A stretch of 63,861 nt of DNA, filler included, from Rhabdomonas costata (Eukaryota): assembly GCA_019059605.1 (NCBI GenBank). It is 18 parts of 18 records of this genome, joined end to end, with 100 filler letters (N's around TTAATTAATTAA, not from the genome) between each part and the next. Parts side by side here need not be neighbours in the genome. Positions count along the whole stretch, not along the records: positions 21,358 to 24,813 come from JAHMHO010000826.1; positions 24,914 to 28,368 come from JAHMHO010000827.1; positions 28,469 to 31,923 come from JAHMHO010000828.1; positions 32,024 to 35,475 come from JAHMHO010000829.1; positions 35,576 to 39,026 come from JAHMHO010000830.1; 13 more parts are not named here. The stretch is one strand, 5' to 3'. Each line of letters begins with the position of its first letter. Position 1 is the stretch's first letter. The position numbers and the translations under genes are program-made. Below, in pieces: positions 24,581 to 38,500 of the stretch. The notes beneath the pieces were generated by a model. That model did no database searches and was not told the DNA's origin. It saw only the letters and a program-made list of their open reading frames with translations.

Positions 24581-27500
24581 GCAGCCCTGCATTCCCTCCT
24601 TTGACCTTACATTAGATTCATTGCAATTTTTATCGAACATGGTCATGAGTTTTGCGGCAGGGCGCGGTTTCAGTCTTGCCCTCTTTTTGAGCATGCGTAC
24701 ACACGCGCACGCACACACACACACACACATGCACACACGGTCGCCCATGATACCTTCACCTCAGCCTTTTCCTCAGCGATCTCATGACTAAGTAGCTCTT
24801 CCCCTCCATCCCCNNNNNNNNNNNNNNNNNNNNNNNNNNNNNNNNNNNNNNNNNNNNTTAATTAATTAANNNNNNNNNNNNNNNNNNNNNNNNNNNNNNN
24901 NNNNNNNNNNNNNGGGGTGTTGCATTGCATTAGGTGTATGCAAATTACAATTTTCTGGGGAAAGCTGATGTTTGGCGATGCTTGGAGCCAGGTTTTTTTC
25001 GATCAAGGACGATCCACTATGGAAAATGTGTGAATCTAGACATTGGGGGCCATGCAAAATGCAATGAGGCAGAAGCAAAATAATCGTCGCAGCCTGCAGG
25101 TGCAACTAAACCTCAGTGGGGGTTTGGGACCCTCTGGAGAGGTTAGGGCCCGGGCTGCCCCCCACCATGGAGTGCTGGAGCCAGCCGGGGAGGACAGCGG
25201 CTTCCCAGACGTGCTTGAGACGGAGCACTGGCCCGCCTGTTCCCCCAGTCTGGGCCGCAGCTGGCTACCCTGAGCACCGGCGATGGCGAAAGAGAGGGTG
25301 CCTGTCTTGGGCTCTAAACTCAGTGGTAACGGGGGAGAAACCATCAACCTCGTTCAAAGGAAACGGAGAAACATTAAGACCAAAAAGAAAAAAGAGCTCA
25401 CGTGAAAGCCATCACGAATCTCTGTGAATGACGGGGTACAATGCCCATTCTTGGACGAGGAAACGAAGGAACGGTTGCGATTGCGTGCATATTCGGTCGA
25501 AGAGATGCGTGGAACGCCATGCAACTGGTGCGCAATACTTGGGAGAGGAGTTGCGGGTTGATGGACTCTGGCAATCTCAGGAAATATGCACTGTATTCAG
25601 CACAAGCAAAAATCCAAAGCACGCTAGCAAAGCGGCCCAAAAAAAGCTTTGCTGCTGTGCCATGGTTTTTGTTGCTCTGTGATCCTGAACACCTGGCTTA
25701 TGGCATGCACACAAAGCGATCCCAAGATGTCACTCCAGTGGAAAGGATACCTTTGGCAAAGGAAGGGCTGCGCCGCGGTCCGCTCGACGCTTCAGCTGCG
25801 GCGGGGGCACAACGAACCTTGCCCGCGGGGAGTTTCCCACGTACACAACCTCACTCTCCTCCGTGGCCGTACCAAAGATTCTGAAGCCCAACACCCCAGA
25901 AATTGATCAAAGCAAGAATAAAGAAAAAAATGTAGCTAATCAAAAATCCGTTTTCACGGTGCATTGCTTGAAAATCTAAGTCACGCTTCCTGCACAACGC
26001 TTGCGACGGCCGCGGATGTCAGACAGCGCTTACAGCTTGCAGAGAGCGACCCACCACCACCTTTTCTCGAGTAGGGCCTCCCCAGGTCTGTGAAAGCTGC
26101 TGACAGTTTTCACAGTCCTCCTGTGCTCCTGTGAAGTCAAAGTCCTCCCGAACTCAAATAAACAATCCGCAGATCAGAGTAAAAGCAATGCGGGTCGGGA
26201 CGTCAAATGCAATTTCGAAACAACGCGACACCAAAGGAAAAAAACAAAAGGGGGTGTTAGAGCGCAAGGGGGACTTAGAGCGGACAATTATAAAACACCA
26301 AAACCATGTCACAGAGGGTGATAAAAGGACACTTGTCAGTGTCAGCAGCGAGTGTCACCAAACCATTCAGTATGAATGACACAAGACGCTCGGCAACACC
26401 ACAGTGAAGAGCGAGAAGAACTGAGGCATACAATTTTAGCAGAGTATCTTTCCCAGAAAGTGCGGGAACTGGGTCACACGTGAACAGCGTGAGCCGAGGA
26501 GGGTCCATGGAACTCCCTTTTTCCACCAAAAACAATTCGAACAGAAGTTAAAAACACACCCTACACAGTGCAATGAAAAGAAGCGAGGGAAGACAGGGAG
26601 CCACCTGGACCAAATCGAATCAGAGACACAAGCATAATTAAGCATAAGATGGCAGATGCAGAAAACGGCATAATACCGCAGTCTAAGAAGACTCTTCTAA
26701 TGATATGCATCTCCTCAAAAAAAACTAAAACTGCAAGGTCCCTCAACAAACGATGAAAGGAACGCAAGAGAAAAGCAAACGGTCACTGAGTGGTGTTGCC
26801 AAACTTCTGGAAGATAGATTCAGCCGCTATGTCCGATTTTCCATCGAAACGTCGTGACTCTGGTTTTCCGGCAAACCCGACACTGCACAAATCAAACCCA
26901 CGTAAAGTGGTCCACGTTCCATAGGCGAGCGCAAAATGCCTCAGAACAGCCACGCCTTGCACGCAGCAAGGCAAGGGTTATCCCCCGAAGCAGCGCGTAC
27001 GAGACCAAAACAGCAGATCCGAAATGACGACAGATTCAGGGACACACGCAAATAAAAGTACACCACAGAAAAAGGGAGACAACCGAAACAACTGGAAAAT
27101 GAAGTGCCGCTCTTGATGCAGCGCTGACCACAAATCTCGACCCACGTCGCTGTTCTACCTTCAATAGGAAGGCGAACCACTCGCTCCGGCGGTCGAGCTG
27201 GGAGCAGCGGAACCTGTACCATCAACCTCGGGAAGGGGGCGAGATCAACTATTGGTAAATCAGCAGTAGTGGTTCTACAAAAATTCACCGAGCAGTTTGA
27301 ATTGTTTACTTTCAGTCGACTTCCCCCGAACACTTAACAACCTTTGGTCACGGATTACGTAAGCAGTGCGTCTGAAGTAGTGTGCAACTTTCCCACGCTT
27401 CACAATCCGCTTCATATTGCCAACTGAGCCCAAATGAGGGCATCCCATGTGACCTAGTTTCGGGGTTGACGCGGGACGGCTGCGCCCAAACTCGGAGGAG

Positions 27501-27732
27501 TGGGGAGGGGGGCGGTTTTTCGTTAAACAAAGTTAAACAGCAAGTTTTTGGGTATTCAAAAAACGTTTTTCCCAGCACGCGGGTTAGGTTAAGAGTACGG
27601 TGCTCACGGGATGATCTTAGCTTTCAGAAATGGGGTTGTGTTTACTGTTCTACTGCCCTCAGAAGTCAACTGATAAAGTTAAAAAAAATTCGACCGTTTA
27701 ACGGCGTTAAACGTTTAACGGTATTTAAACAT

Positions 27733-28320
27733 TTAACGTAAAACAACACCAACACCCCCTGTGCAGGTTCCCCTGAAAAGTCGTGGTGGGTTGGGGGCTG
27801 AGATGACGGCTGTGATTACAACCATAAACGCGCTTTGATACACCGTTACCACTAGTTGCAAAGTCCCTCCCTCATCATCGAGGTTAACTGCTACCACTCC
27901 CTTTCCCTTATCCTTCTGGTGAGACTGCCCATCACTGCCTGCAGAGGTCACGCCGTCATGAACTGGAAGAGAAGGCATCGCAGAACTTTGACCCTCCGCA
28001 GCCTGCACCAACCCTTGGTGTGGTACCTCCTGCGGAACTTGACCCCCGGGAGGTCTTCCCCGCAGGAGCTGCAGAAAACCTCTCTTCGGTCTCTTTCGGG
28101 AAAACGGGGCGAGGCGCTGTGGGCTCGAGGCTTTGCTGCCGTACTCGGCGCCCAGCTGGGCCATGGTGTCAGTAACGGTAACGACCATATCCATGGTCTC
28201 CTCGTACCCTCCCTTGCAGAAGAAGCAGGCGCAGCAGATGATGCAGCACAGAATCGCCCCAGCAGCCACGGCGCCCACCACACACGCAATGATGACAACC
28301 GCTGTGGTTGGCGCATCCAT
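27733..28320 (-). CDS. Putative single-pass membrane protein with a Cys-rich juxtamembrane segment
   Basis: MDAPTTAVVIIACVVGAVAAGAILCCIICCACFFCK… in a GC-rich ORF. The downstream frame is uncertain. Confidence 0.5.
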   Translation of the reverse strand: MDAPTTAVVIIACVVGAVAAGAILCCIICCACFFCKGGYEETMDMVVTVTDTMAQLGAEYGSKASSPQRLAPFSRKRPKRGFLQLLRGRPPGGQVPQEVPHQGLVQAAEGQSSAMPSLPVHDGVTSAGSDGQSHQKDKGKGVVAVNLDDEGGTLQLVVTVYQSAFMVVITAVISAPNPPRLFRGTCTGGVGVVLR

Positions 28321-28555
28321 GCCTTCGAGTGTTATAAAAAGCCGAAAGCATGGATGCGCCAACCAACANNNNNNNNNNNNNNNNNNNNNNNNNNNNNNNN
28401 NNNNNNNNNNNNTTAATTAATTAANNNNNNNNNNNNNNNNNNNNNNNNNNNNNNNNNNNNNNNNNNNNGTGGTGTTGGAAACAAACCAGTCCTCACCCGC
28501 ATGGCTTGCTTCCAATACCCCACGCACTTCCGAGCATCAGGACGTCGGCTGCACT

Positions 28556-29960
28556 CACGCTGGGTTGCGGCCGTGCCAGGGGTGGCTGGGGGTGAAGCGC
28601 GACAGGGTCTCTAGGGTCTCTGGCGCCAAACCCGCCCAGCCGCACTTGAAGCGAAGCAAGCGACCAGTTAGCGCCGCCAGCTCCAAGGATTGTACTGCAG
28701 GAGTCAACCAGTAAGTCACGGGGCATTCCACGAAGGAAGCACATTCGTCGTACGATGCCGTGTGTAGGAGGTGTGTAAGTTTTGCTGCACCCAAAGGAGT
28801 CCCCCGGGGAAGCTGCATTTTCGACCAGAACGGCAGGTGGCCGACCTTTTCTGAAGCACGGTTCGCGGTTTCTTCCCTGTCCTCCTGAAGCAGCTCGTAC
28901 CTCCTGAAATCCACATCCTGAGTCTGCGTTCAATGATATGACAAATTTGCCGGCCTTATAGATCGGGGGGTGGTTGTGAATAGCGTGCGCTGATTTTGTA
29001 AATAGTTTTTTATCATGCGAACGTTTTGGCCCTCTTATCCAACTCTGCCGGACAAAACACTGTGCTCCTCTCCTCTTTCTCCGGTCGTCTTTGCGATTAG
29101 ACCCCACGCAGCACTGAGCTTGTGGGGTGTGCCTCCTCATTGGTTACCCTTGTGATATCCGTGTCCCTCACCCTGTCTTCCCGGTACATTTTTTGCCTTT
29201 GCCCCCTTTGGAATCACACCAAAACCAAGCTGCAGGAATCTCGGGAGCATCAGCTCTGGAAACACAACAGGGGGGGGGGCGATTCCTAGGCACCAGCAAA
29301 TTGAGCAAACTCATCTCAAGTAGCAGTCCAGGAAAGCCTGCGGCACTGAGTCGGCGACGGGAAGGTGTGAAACCGTTCGACGTGCTTGAGCAAGGGGGTC
29401 AACTTAAGCCCATGTCCGGGAGCTACAGAGTGGTCAACGGTGGACACGGTCACACAGGAGGCAGTCACAACGTCATGCTTACTAAGGGTGGGAAGATCTA
29501 CACACATCGAAAACCACGAAAACCACACTGGGATGGAGGGGGTTACGGGAAGGAAGCCACGTCTCCCCCTCCCCCCAACCCCCAAAGCAATTTCTGTGCC
29601 TCCGCCCGGGACAAAAAGGGAGATAATAGTCATTCCGGTGAACCACCGAGAAGTTGCCGAAGCAACCGAGAAGACAGTCCAACGTAGCAGCTCGGACGTA
29701 TCCGCCTGGTGCTGCTCACTCAGGGGAAGCGGGGGAGGGCGGCTTCTTGCCTCACGTGGAACCCAGAGGAGAGACTCTCCCACAGAGATGCTCACTCTTG
29801 CTGGAAGTGAAGGGTGAGGAGGAGAGGCAGACCCAGAACACCCATGGAAGAAAATCTGAGCTTCTCCTGTCTGGATTGCTTGGTGTCCCGGGCGACGGGC
29901 ATCGTGTCGCCCAGCACGAACAGCAGCATCGTGAACGCGCCAAAAAACCAACAGGTGTGC
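28556..29960 (-). CDS. Hypothetical multi-exon protein
   Basis: Short AG…GT-bounded coding-like segments, e.g. ~28845-28917 (DVDFRRYELLQEDREETANRASEK) and ~28560-28700. Confidence 0.3.
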
Positions 29961-30605
29961 AGAACAAGCAGCACAAGGACACGCCACAGCAAACCGCGCC
30001 CAGGCGCAATGTGTGTGGGAGGGGGCGGCTGAAAGCAAGCAGCGAAGAAAAGCAGTGGGAAGGGCAGACTGCTCGCCACACAAATGCCCTCGACCCTCCA
30101 GCGTGGACTTGCCAGAACAGTTAATTATGGACCAATCGGGCCGGAACTCTGCGTCTCCGGGGTGAAACCCTCGCTCCAACTCACCGTTCAGTTTCGACAT
30201 CTCCGGGAATTCAGTTGCTCTTCCTGCTCAATTTGCTACTCTCTTTTTTTGAGTTGTGACGCAATAATGCCAGCTCATCTTGCCCTGCGGTGCTCTGTCT
30301 GCTTTTTTACTGGACAGCTTCGCTTCTACGCGGTATTGGCACGCAACACGGAAGAATTCCCAAAACCAGTGTCAACATTTCACTGTCTTGGTGTCGTGTT
30401 TGCGCATGTCTGTGGGAAGAGTTTCGGATGATGGATGATTTCACCCCAAAACCCTGGAGAAGAGTGCGTGCGAGGTGGCTGTTCCTGCTGTTGTTGCAAC
30501 GGGGGTGGTTGTGAAAAATTCCGAATCGATTTTCCAGACCTGAACCTGGCGGACAAAACATTTTTGCGTTTTTCTCGTGTCTCCCTCCTTCTGTTTTGAT
30601 TGCAG

Positions 30606-31923
30606 TTCAGTGCCTACACTGCGTACGTGAAAGAAGCACAAAAGACTGCGGAGGTTCAGAAGCTTGCCCCAAAGGAGCGGATTTCAATCATCGGTGGGCC
30701 CTTTTTTGTTGCACCTTTCCCACCGTTGCCTCTCAAAATGATGAAAATTGGGGAAACGGTGGTACCCTGTTGCCGCCCACGTTCATTTTGTGATTCTGTG
30801 CGCTAATATTGTGAGCGGAAATAGAGACCGCTTTTGCGGGTTCCCCACCTTTCTTTATTCCAGGTGCTGTAACCAAGCTTGCAATTATTAAGGGCCGGGG
30901 GTGCGACGACCCAAAGCGAGCTGTCAAAAAAAAAGAAGAAAAGAAGCCCTAAAAAATTGGGGAAATTTAGGTTAGTTCGCCAGAAGTGGCCGCGGTATCA
31001 GAGTGAATTATTTTTGGGTTTAGTTCTCTTCTTTTTGCGCCCTTTGCTTGCAGCAAAGCAGTGGAAGGCTCTCACGCCGCAGATAAAGCAGGAGTGGGTG
31101 GAGTTCGCCAAGAAGCTTAACAATGTGGTGCGATACGTGGATTGTTTCATGTTCTGTCGTGTGTAGGGCACTTGCCACCGAAAAATTTAAGGTTGCACGG
31201 TTGCAAGTTCATCAGGTCCTGTGTGTTGCATGCTGAAGCACGGGTGCAAACAAATCACCTGCTCATGATTTTGCATTCATCCAGGGCACATTGCTTGGGG
31301 AGGTGCTTCATCTTCATGCTTCATTTTTGTACTTATGTTGTGAGTGCCTTCCATAAACCCTCCGTTGCGCTTGAGAAAGAAGGGGCTCAAGATAAAAAAG
31401 CAACAGTCGCCAAGGCCCCGGTGCAAGGACCGCTCACTCGCCCTTCGGGAGGTTCTTGGCAAACAACAATGGGGTCTATCCAAGACGTGTGGCTTCCCAG
31501 ACGATGAGCGGTTTCCATGATAGAATTATTTTTGGTGCGGAGATCAGCGCCGCGGCGGCCGCAGCGGTCGCGAATCGCTTCAAGGCCTTTGATGAGTTGT
31601 AGATGCCTCGCCGCTCCGACAGCGGAGCTGTTTTTGGCTGCTGTACTTGTGCCGGTGGGTTCAAGTGCGTGTCCGATCTGCAGAGCCCCACTTTTCGTTT
31701 TTCACACATCTGGGTACAACCCCCTCCGCCAATGTGCGAATGCAACGCATGCACAGCCATCCTTTTTTGTGCACATAAATTAATCTTGTTAACGTTGTGG
31801 CCTGTTTATCACCTCCCTCTTTGACTCTTGAACAGCCCGGGGCTGCGGGTGCTCCGAAGAAGAAGAAGGAGAAGACCCCTGTAAGTCCCAAGTCTACGGT
31901 ACCCAAGCCTACCCCAAAGCTCA
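30606..31923 (+). CDS. HMG-box protein, partial, with a Lys/Pro-rich tail
   Basis: Exons 30606-30693 and 31054-~31127 give FSAYTAYVKEAQ…ERISIIAKQWKALTPQIKQEWVEFAKK. A basic exon lies at ~31836-31923. Confidence 0.75.
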
Positions 31924-32239
31924 NNNNNNNNNNNNNNNNNNNNNNNNNNNNNNNNNNNNNNNNNNNNTTAATTAATTAANNNNNNNNNNNNNNNNNNNNN
32001 NNNNNNNNNNNNNNNNNNNNNNNGTGGTGGTGGCGAAAAGGCAATGACCACTCAGCGATATCGATATAGATGGTTTGAATCAGGTCCACAAAAGAATCGT
32101 GAAGAGGGCGGAGCACATGACGGGGTACTTCGAAACCACAATCGAAGTTGCGTCCTTTTTGAAGGCAAAGGTTTGTGGCACTTTCAGAAAACGCGGACCC
32201 TGCCGCTTTTTGGAAGAGGGGAGGTGTACAGGGGTGCAC

Positions 32240-35200
32240 CTGAGGGCTTGCCCTCCTCCAGGCGGACATTTCCCCCAGTCTCCAGCTCCGTCATCAGCCT
32301 GGAGATGTTGTGCGCGGTGGTGCTCTGCACGAGCTCTCGCATCGTCTCAAAGCATTGGCCCAGGGCCTGGGAAGCAGAATAACCAACTCCCATATGGATC
32401 TCGAGCGAACAAGAACAAAAGAAGCACCATTTATTCTCCGCAACCATGTCATTCCACACGGGGGGAGGAGGGGATTGAGAAATTTGCGCACCTGCCGGCG
32501 TGTGCGCAGACGTGATCCGAGCGTTATGACCTCTCCGTTCCTCTATTTTTTTTGGACGGGATACTTACCTCGGTTTTTTTGAATGCTCCGCTTTTTGGAT
32601 GGGGCATTTCTGGTAGTGCTCAACCACTCTGCCCAGATTTCGGTGGATGGGGACCATTATCCTCTCCTCACTCACCAACATTGCAGAAAATAGGGATCGG
32701 GCGTTTTCTGAATGGATGTGTAGGGCTTTGGGGGGCCCAGGGGCTGGGGATGTACTGCAGTCGACACGGAACATGGCAGTGAGGGAGCGGCCGATCTCGG
32801 AGACCCGCCCGCGGTGGAACTGGGAGGCATGCTGCACGAGGTTGTTGGCGTTGCGCTTCAACGTCTTGATCCTCATGTTGTAGTACATCTGCAAAAAGGG
32901 CATAGCCTGCAATAGACTGCAATAGCCAATGCTCGAGGCGGATGCGTACCCCTCAAGGAATGATGCTGTGGAATCAGATGCGGAAGTTCGATGAAGTGCT
33001 TAGCTTTCGGACAAAGCGATTCCCATGCACGGATACGCGATACCATTGCGGGGTGGGGTGGGGGTGGATCGGAGGGTCCCCACACAGGTTCTGGTTTTGT
33101 CCATCAGTACATTAACCCAATCAAGTCACAGATAGAAGAAGTCGTAGAGGCTTTCCGGAAGTGGAAGGAAGGAGTGGGCGGAAATGGGGGCGAGAGCGCC
33201 TTCTTCTTTATGAACGTGGTCTCCGCCATCTGGCGGCTCTCCTCAGAGATGACCAGGCTGTCCAGCTTGGTGACACGGGCGAGGTGGTAGATCGTGAAGG
33301 TGCTGTAGTTGTACAGCCGGCACACTGGGTTGTCCCCGAAGTGGGGGTCGTCCAGAGTGACGCTGCACAACCGCTGCAAGCGGTTCAGCAGAGGAATCTC
33401 TCTCAAAGAACTCAGCCTGTTCCCTGAAGAAGCGCGGGGGAAAACCACCCATGAAAAACCAAAACAACGGCAAAGCTTCGTCACGGCGCTTGCCTGACGT
33501 ACCGCCAAAAAACAGACATGTGCAATTTTTTTGATCGAATCGAAGAAGAGAGAATATAGATAGCATGGGTTGAGGAAAATCGCGGCAGTCCTTCCGAGGC
33601 CTCCTGGACACATGCTGTCTCCACTCTCTCAGGCACTGATGAACTTACTCTGTTAACCTTGATGAGTTATCACCATCAAGCACACAAATCACCCCTATCA
33701 GGAAGGCCAAAGTGAAAAGTGCATGGAAGGAAAGCTCTGCCTGCAAGGTTGAGCTCCTCCAGAGAGGTCAGCGTCTCCAGGGGTGCCAGGGTGTCGATTT
33801 GATTGGAGGCCAGCGAAAGGCATCTCAGTGTGGTCAGGCCAGTGAGACCATCCAAAGTGGAGATGTGGTTCTCCTGCGAAGGAACATTGGGAGAAGCTCC
33901 ACAAGCAAACAAACCCACCAAACGCTGGCGACGCCCGGGATGAACCCACTCACTTCAGCTTAACGAAAGGACAGGCGGGACCGCAGCAGGGGACCGCAGG
34001 AGACCAAAACCACTTAATTGCACCCCCGGCACCCGCAACAAACTGTCGAAGCGGTCGTTGCAGCCAAAATTGAGCTCGTTTTCAGTTCAACATCACTCTC
34101 CTCCTCCTCCCACAAACACACACACACATGGTCTGCTGGTGCGGCTACAAATCGGTGAATCGCAGGGGGAGGGGGGTGTTTCACCGCGAATCACCATGTG
34201 CTGCGAAGCGGTACTGTGTTACTCCCCCGTCTTCCCAACTCGAAGTTGAGCAGGCAGGCCCTTTCTGACTGCATACCATTAGCCAAAGCACTTGCAGGTT
34301 CTGCAGAGACTCGAGCCCTTCGACCTTCCCGCTGAGGTTGTTGGAGTAGGCGTACAGCTCCCTCAGCGCGGTGCAACCCTCTAGACCCCGCAGCGAGGTT
34401 AGTTCGTTCTCGTTCACCCACAGCTGCTCCAGCGCGGTACAGCTGGAGAGCCCCTGCCCCAGCTCCGTCAGCCCACAGTGAATCAGGTGAAGCTCGCGAA
34501 TGCAAGGAAACCACCGTAGGCTGTTCAGCGACAAGAACTCCGTCAAAAACATCTTCACAAATATACAGCAGGTGATACAGCACAGAGCAGGCACTATCCA
34601 GGTACGGAGAAACGGCAGGACAACAGGTAGTTCTTGATGGACCTCCCAAAAGGATTTTTCACCAGAGGCGATCCTGGGGAGAGGGTGTTCGTCTCGCACG
34701 GGGGCACGATCCACAGACGAGTGTTTTTACCGTGGGGTAGGGTGGATTGGTATATCTGTGAAGACCCCTCCCCCTGTTGTAGGCAATTCTGTCATTCTGT
34801 ACCGACGGACGCTCACTCACCCCGCATCGGGGAGTGTTTACGATTACGGGGAGGTCGAAGTAATCATGGACACGCCAGCCCTAGGGAAGACAACCATGCA
34901 CTTGCATACCCGCCCATCCTTCGTCCCTTTCAGACAGAATCTGGCGGAAACAACGACGTCGTTCTCGCAGCATTATAACGCCAATTCCCAAAAGCCAAAT
35001 TTTATGGCATCCGGATTCTCTCAACAGAGGACAAATTGGTGCAAAACAGGAAGATCATTGCCATCGCGCGCACACACCTCCAGGTAATGGACATGCCTTC
35101 GGCCATGAAGGAAATCTTCCTCCGAAATCCCATTGGCCTGAACCAAACACAGAAACAGGCCACCACTCAACTGCACGAGTCAAAAGTGAAGAAAAATGCG

Positions 35201-35397
35201 GCACACTTGATCTTCCACCAAGCCGTGTGCGTATGTATGTGTGTGTGCGGTTGCGTGTTTGGTGAGGCGAAATGGAGATGGAACACCTCACACAGGTCTT
35301 GGAGGTCTGTGTCGCCGTCATAAGCCTCCTTGGCTTTCTGGACATCCTCTGCGATGACCTGTGCAGCATCCCCTGCCAGCTGCTGCGGTGGCTGCAT
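32240..35397 (-). CDS. LRRC9: Leucine-rich repeat-containing protein 9-like (SDS22-type LRRs, ciliary), partial
   Basis: LRR exons at 34277-34520, ~33745-33872 and ~33200-33423 (FGDNPVCRLYNYSTFTIYHL…LD…AETTFIKKK), then MYYNMRIKTLKRN at ~32840-32888, which is characteristic of LRRC9. Confidence 0.85.
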
Positions 35398-35575
35398 CCC
35401 AGGAGAGTGTACAGCCCAGGGTCCTCAGATCATTTACCCGCAGTTCGGAAACACACAACTCACCGCCAACAACACNNNNNNNNNNNNNNNNNNNNNNNNN
35501 NNNNNNNNNNNNNNNNNNNTTAATTAATTAANNNNNNNNNNNNNNNNNNNNNNNNNNNNNNNNNNNNNNNNNNNN

Positions 35576-38500
35576 TGGTGTTGGCGATGACCCGGCAGCT
35601 CATCGCCATCACCTCCACGCACTGCCCACGCACGAGCACTGCACCGACCAGCCCGTAGGTCGTGAACTTGTCCGTGACCCGCATCCCCATCACGCACCAC
35701 TGAAGAAGGGTCCAACACATGGGTCCACATTAATTCCTCGTAATTGCCATTCTGATCTTCCCGAACCATTCAGCCTGGTGTGCAGGCCTTGGGACATGCA
35801 ACCGTCAGGACCACTATCCCAAATTATGACTCCATTTGCTGGGTAACTTGACATATGGCCCCTCGGACCCTGGGACCCTGGGACCCGGACCCGGGAGACG
35901 AGCATCAGACATCATTAAGGTCTCCATAAAAATCCACTTTTGCCTCTTTTTATGTTCTATTCAACTTGACAAGCCAATTTGCAACATCCTCAATGAAAGG
36001 TGGTGAAGCAGCGAACGTGTTGCTTACCCTACCTCACCGCAAACAGGTACGGAACAGAGTTTCTTGTAGACAATCAAGTAAACGTAAACAAACGGCATCG
36101 ACGGAATGAAAAGACCACTGTCTGCCACTGATACATTGAGGATGACCTGCTCCTCTCGGCCGCCATTAAAAAAAAGGAAGAACCAGCAGCTCGGAGTCCC
36201 AGCTCTCAAGATGCAGATCAAGGAGCATTTCCTGCCCCCCACCTCCACCCCGACACCTGTTTAGAGAGTCACCGATTGCTAACTGTATAAACAAGTATAA
36301 TCAAAAAGAGATACAAAGAGAATGCAGCGTCCAAACAAGTCACACGTGAACATGCAACACCTCAGGCACTCCGTTAACCTTGCTGGTAATGAAGCTCTGC
36401 AGCTCGGCCACTGTGGGCTGCAAGGGTGCCGTGCGGAATTGGTTGGTACGGGTCAGCAACTCCTGCACACGGTTCATCTCATCAGTGCCGGGAAGCACGT
36501 TGAAAATCTCCAGCTGGAAACAGAAATGGGGCAGCATCAGGAGCGAGATACATAAACTATACATGATAGGCATGCGTGGCAGAGCCATGCCCAACTCCTC
36601 GACCCTCACCTTTCGCCACCCTGGATCAGCTGCCAAGGCGTCAACGTGCTCTGACATTCTGAGGAAGCTTACCTTGTTGATGGGTAAGAATTAGAGACCT
36701 GTGATGCCTCGAGCGCTTCACTTCTTAGCAATGAAAAATCCCCCCGGGTGAAAAATCTGGAGAAGAATCAACCGTTAAAATGGAGCAATCGAGCACTCCG
36801 GGTACCGATGACTGGTGTGCCCAGGTGAAATCTGGCACGTCCCTAATGATGCAGTCAGAGACGCCATGCTCTCACAAATCGTTCGTGTGGGTGTGAGTCA
36901 CTTTGGGTGTGAGTCGCGGCAATAGCTGCAAACCCGAATCCCCAGGCTGGCCAAGAAATCCTCTGGGGAGCCCGTGTGCATCTTCTGCGCCTCCTCACGT
37001 TGCAGCTGCCCCTTTACCATCTCGGAGCGGGTGCGGGCCTCCTCTGAGAAGAGGGGAGTATGTTGGGTGGGGTGGGAGCAATGCATGTCTAAAACAGATT
37101 TTACAGAGTCGGTTTGTTTTTTCCCTTTTCTCCTCCGTCGGAATGGCGCAGAGCGGAGAGACCTATCGATGTTTGTGGGATCTCATTACGAGAAAAAGCG
37201 GCCTGTTGAGGGGGGGGGCCACCTTTCCACCTTACCCTTCTGTTCGGACCACACGGCTTCGCATGTCCGGGTAACTAAGTATTATACAATTTGTGTCTTC
37301 CTTTCAGTTTCCCTGGAATTCCAAATGTGCAATTGCCCTGCATCCCCCACCTTTTCCAACTGAGTGCACGTGTAAGTATGTGTAAAAAACTACAACTAAC
37401 AAAAGTGGAACAGAATCTGTATATTAAACTTGTAACCTGAAGATTTTTGAAAAGCAAAGCAAAATAAAAGCACAGAAAACCTCGAAACGCAATGGGTTGG
37501 GTGAACACAAAATCGGCCACAGAGAAAAAGTGCGCAGAATGTAAGGCTTTGTGTTTCACGCTTCATATGTTGTGGTTTAAGGCCACAGTTTATGTGCGCC
37601 CGCCATATACTATCTTCAATGCCAGGAATAACTACGGATCTGTTCATTTTCAATGCCTCTGTCCTCCTTCTGCCGTGCACGGCAGCGGCTGTAATTGTGT
37701 AACCATCACTCTTAGAAGAACGGAAGTTTTCGAAACAAACACATTACATCCGGGGTGTCCTCTCTCTCAGGGCGGAATTCGACCGCTGTGGGTTGCATAC
37801 TCAAGGGTTCGGAGGCGCCAACCCTAAACCCCTTCAAGTACGAAATATGGGACAAACAATCACTGTAGAGGCGAGACCTTTACGCAAGTGACATGAGCTC
37901 CGTTTGTGCTGCACAGCGAACGTGTCGATAAACAAAAGAAAAGAAACAAATCGATTCCAAATCAGAATCACTCTGATCAAACTCAGCGGCTCATCCAGCG
38001 CTCCCACAATGAAGTGGGAGAATCCGGGTGAACGTCAGATCTGTTCTATGGCTCATCCTTTTTGCCTTCCTATCGCGTAAAAAAAAAGTAACAGGCCAGA
38101 CATGACCGGGGGCAATGAAGATTCTTGAATTCAACTGATCTGAAGCCCACCTTAGTACAAGTCAAGCGGCTTAGCCGTAGGATGAAGGTCATCCGCCCGC
38201 ACGAGCGCACCTGTGATCACCGAGGAAGGCTGCAGGCAAGGGTTACTCAGCAGCACGTATCTCACCGTGCACATTGTGCTTCCCAAGGTTCGGACGGTCG
38301 GAAGGTTCGCCATCACCTCCTGCACAGCCCCAACCCGCCCCGTACAGTTCCTTGAAGTGGAGTAAATTCACCACGTTTTGGAAAATGTGCGCTAAGTCTT
38401 AAGAACGCAAAAGCCACCAGAAGCGAGAAAGAGGGAAGGAAAGGAAAGGAGGAGGAGCCTCACATCAGAAAGACCCCGTTTGTGGTGAAAGGCCCCTTTT

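Noticed and set aside
27693-27740. Cluster of CGTTTAACG/CGTTAAACG quasi-palindromes
   Set aside because: Short and single-locus; indistinguishable from slippage-derived low complexity.
35864-35893. GGACCC(TG) iterations; also (CCGGA)n at ~63492 and AACGCCTTTAC x2 at ~55144
   Set aside because: Simple short tandem repeats with no spacer structure.
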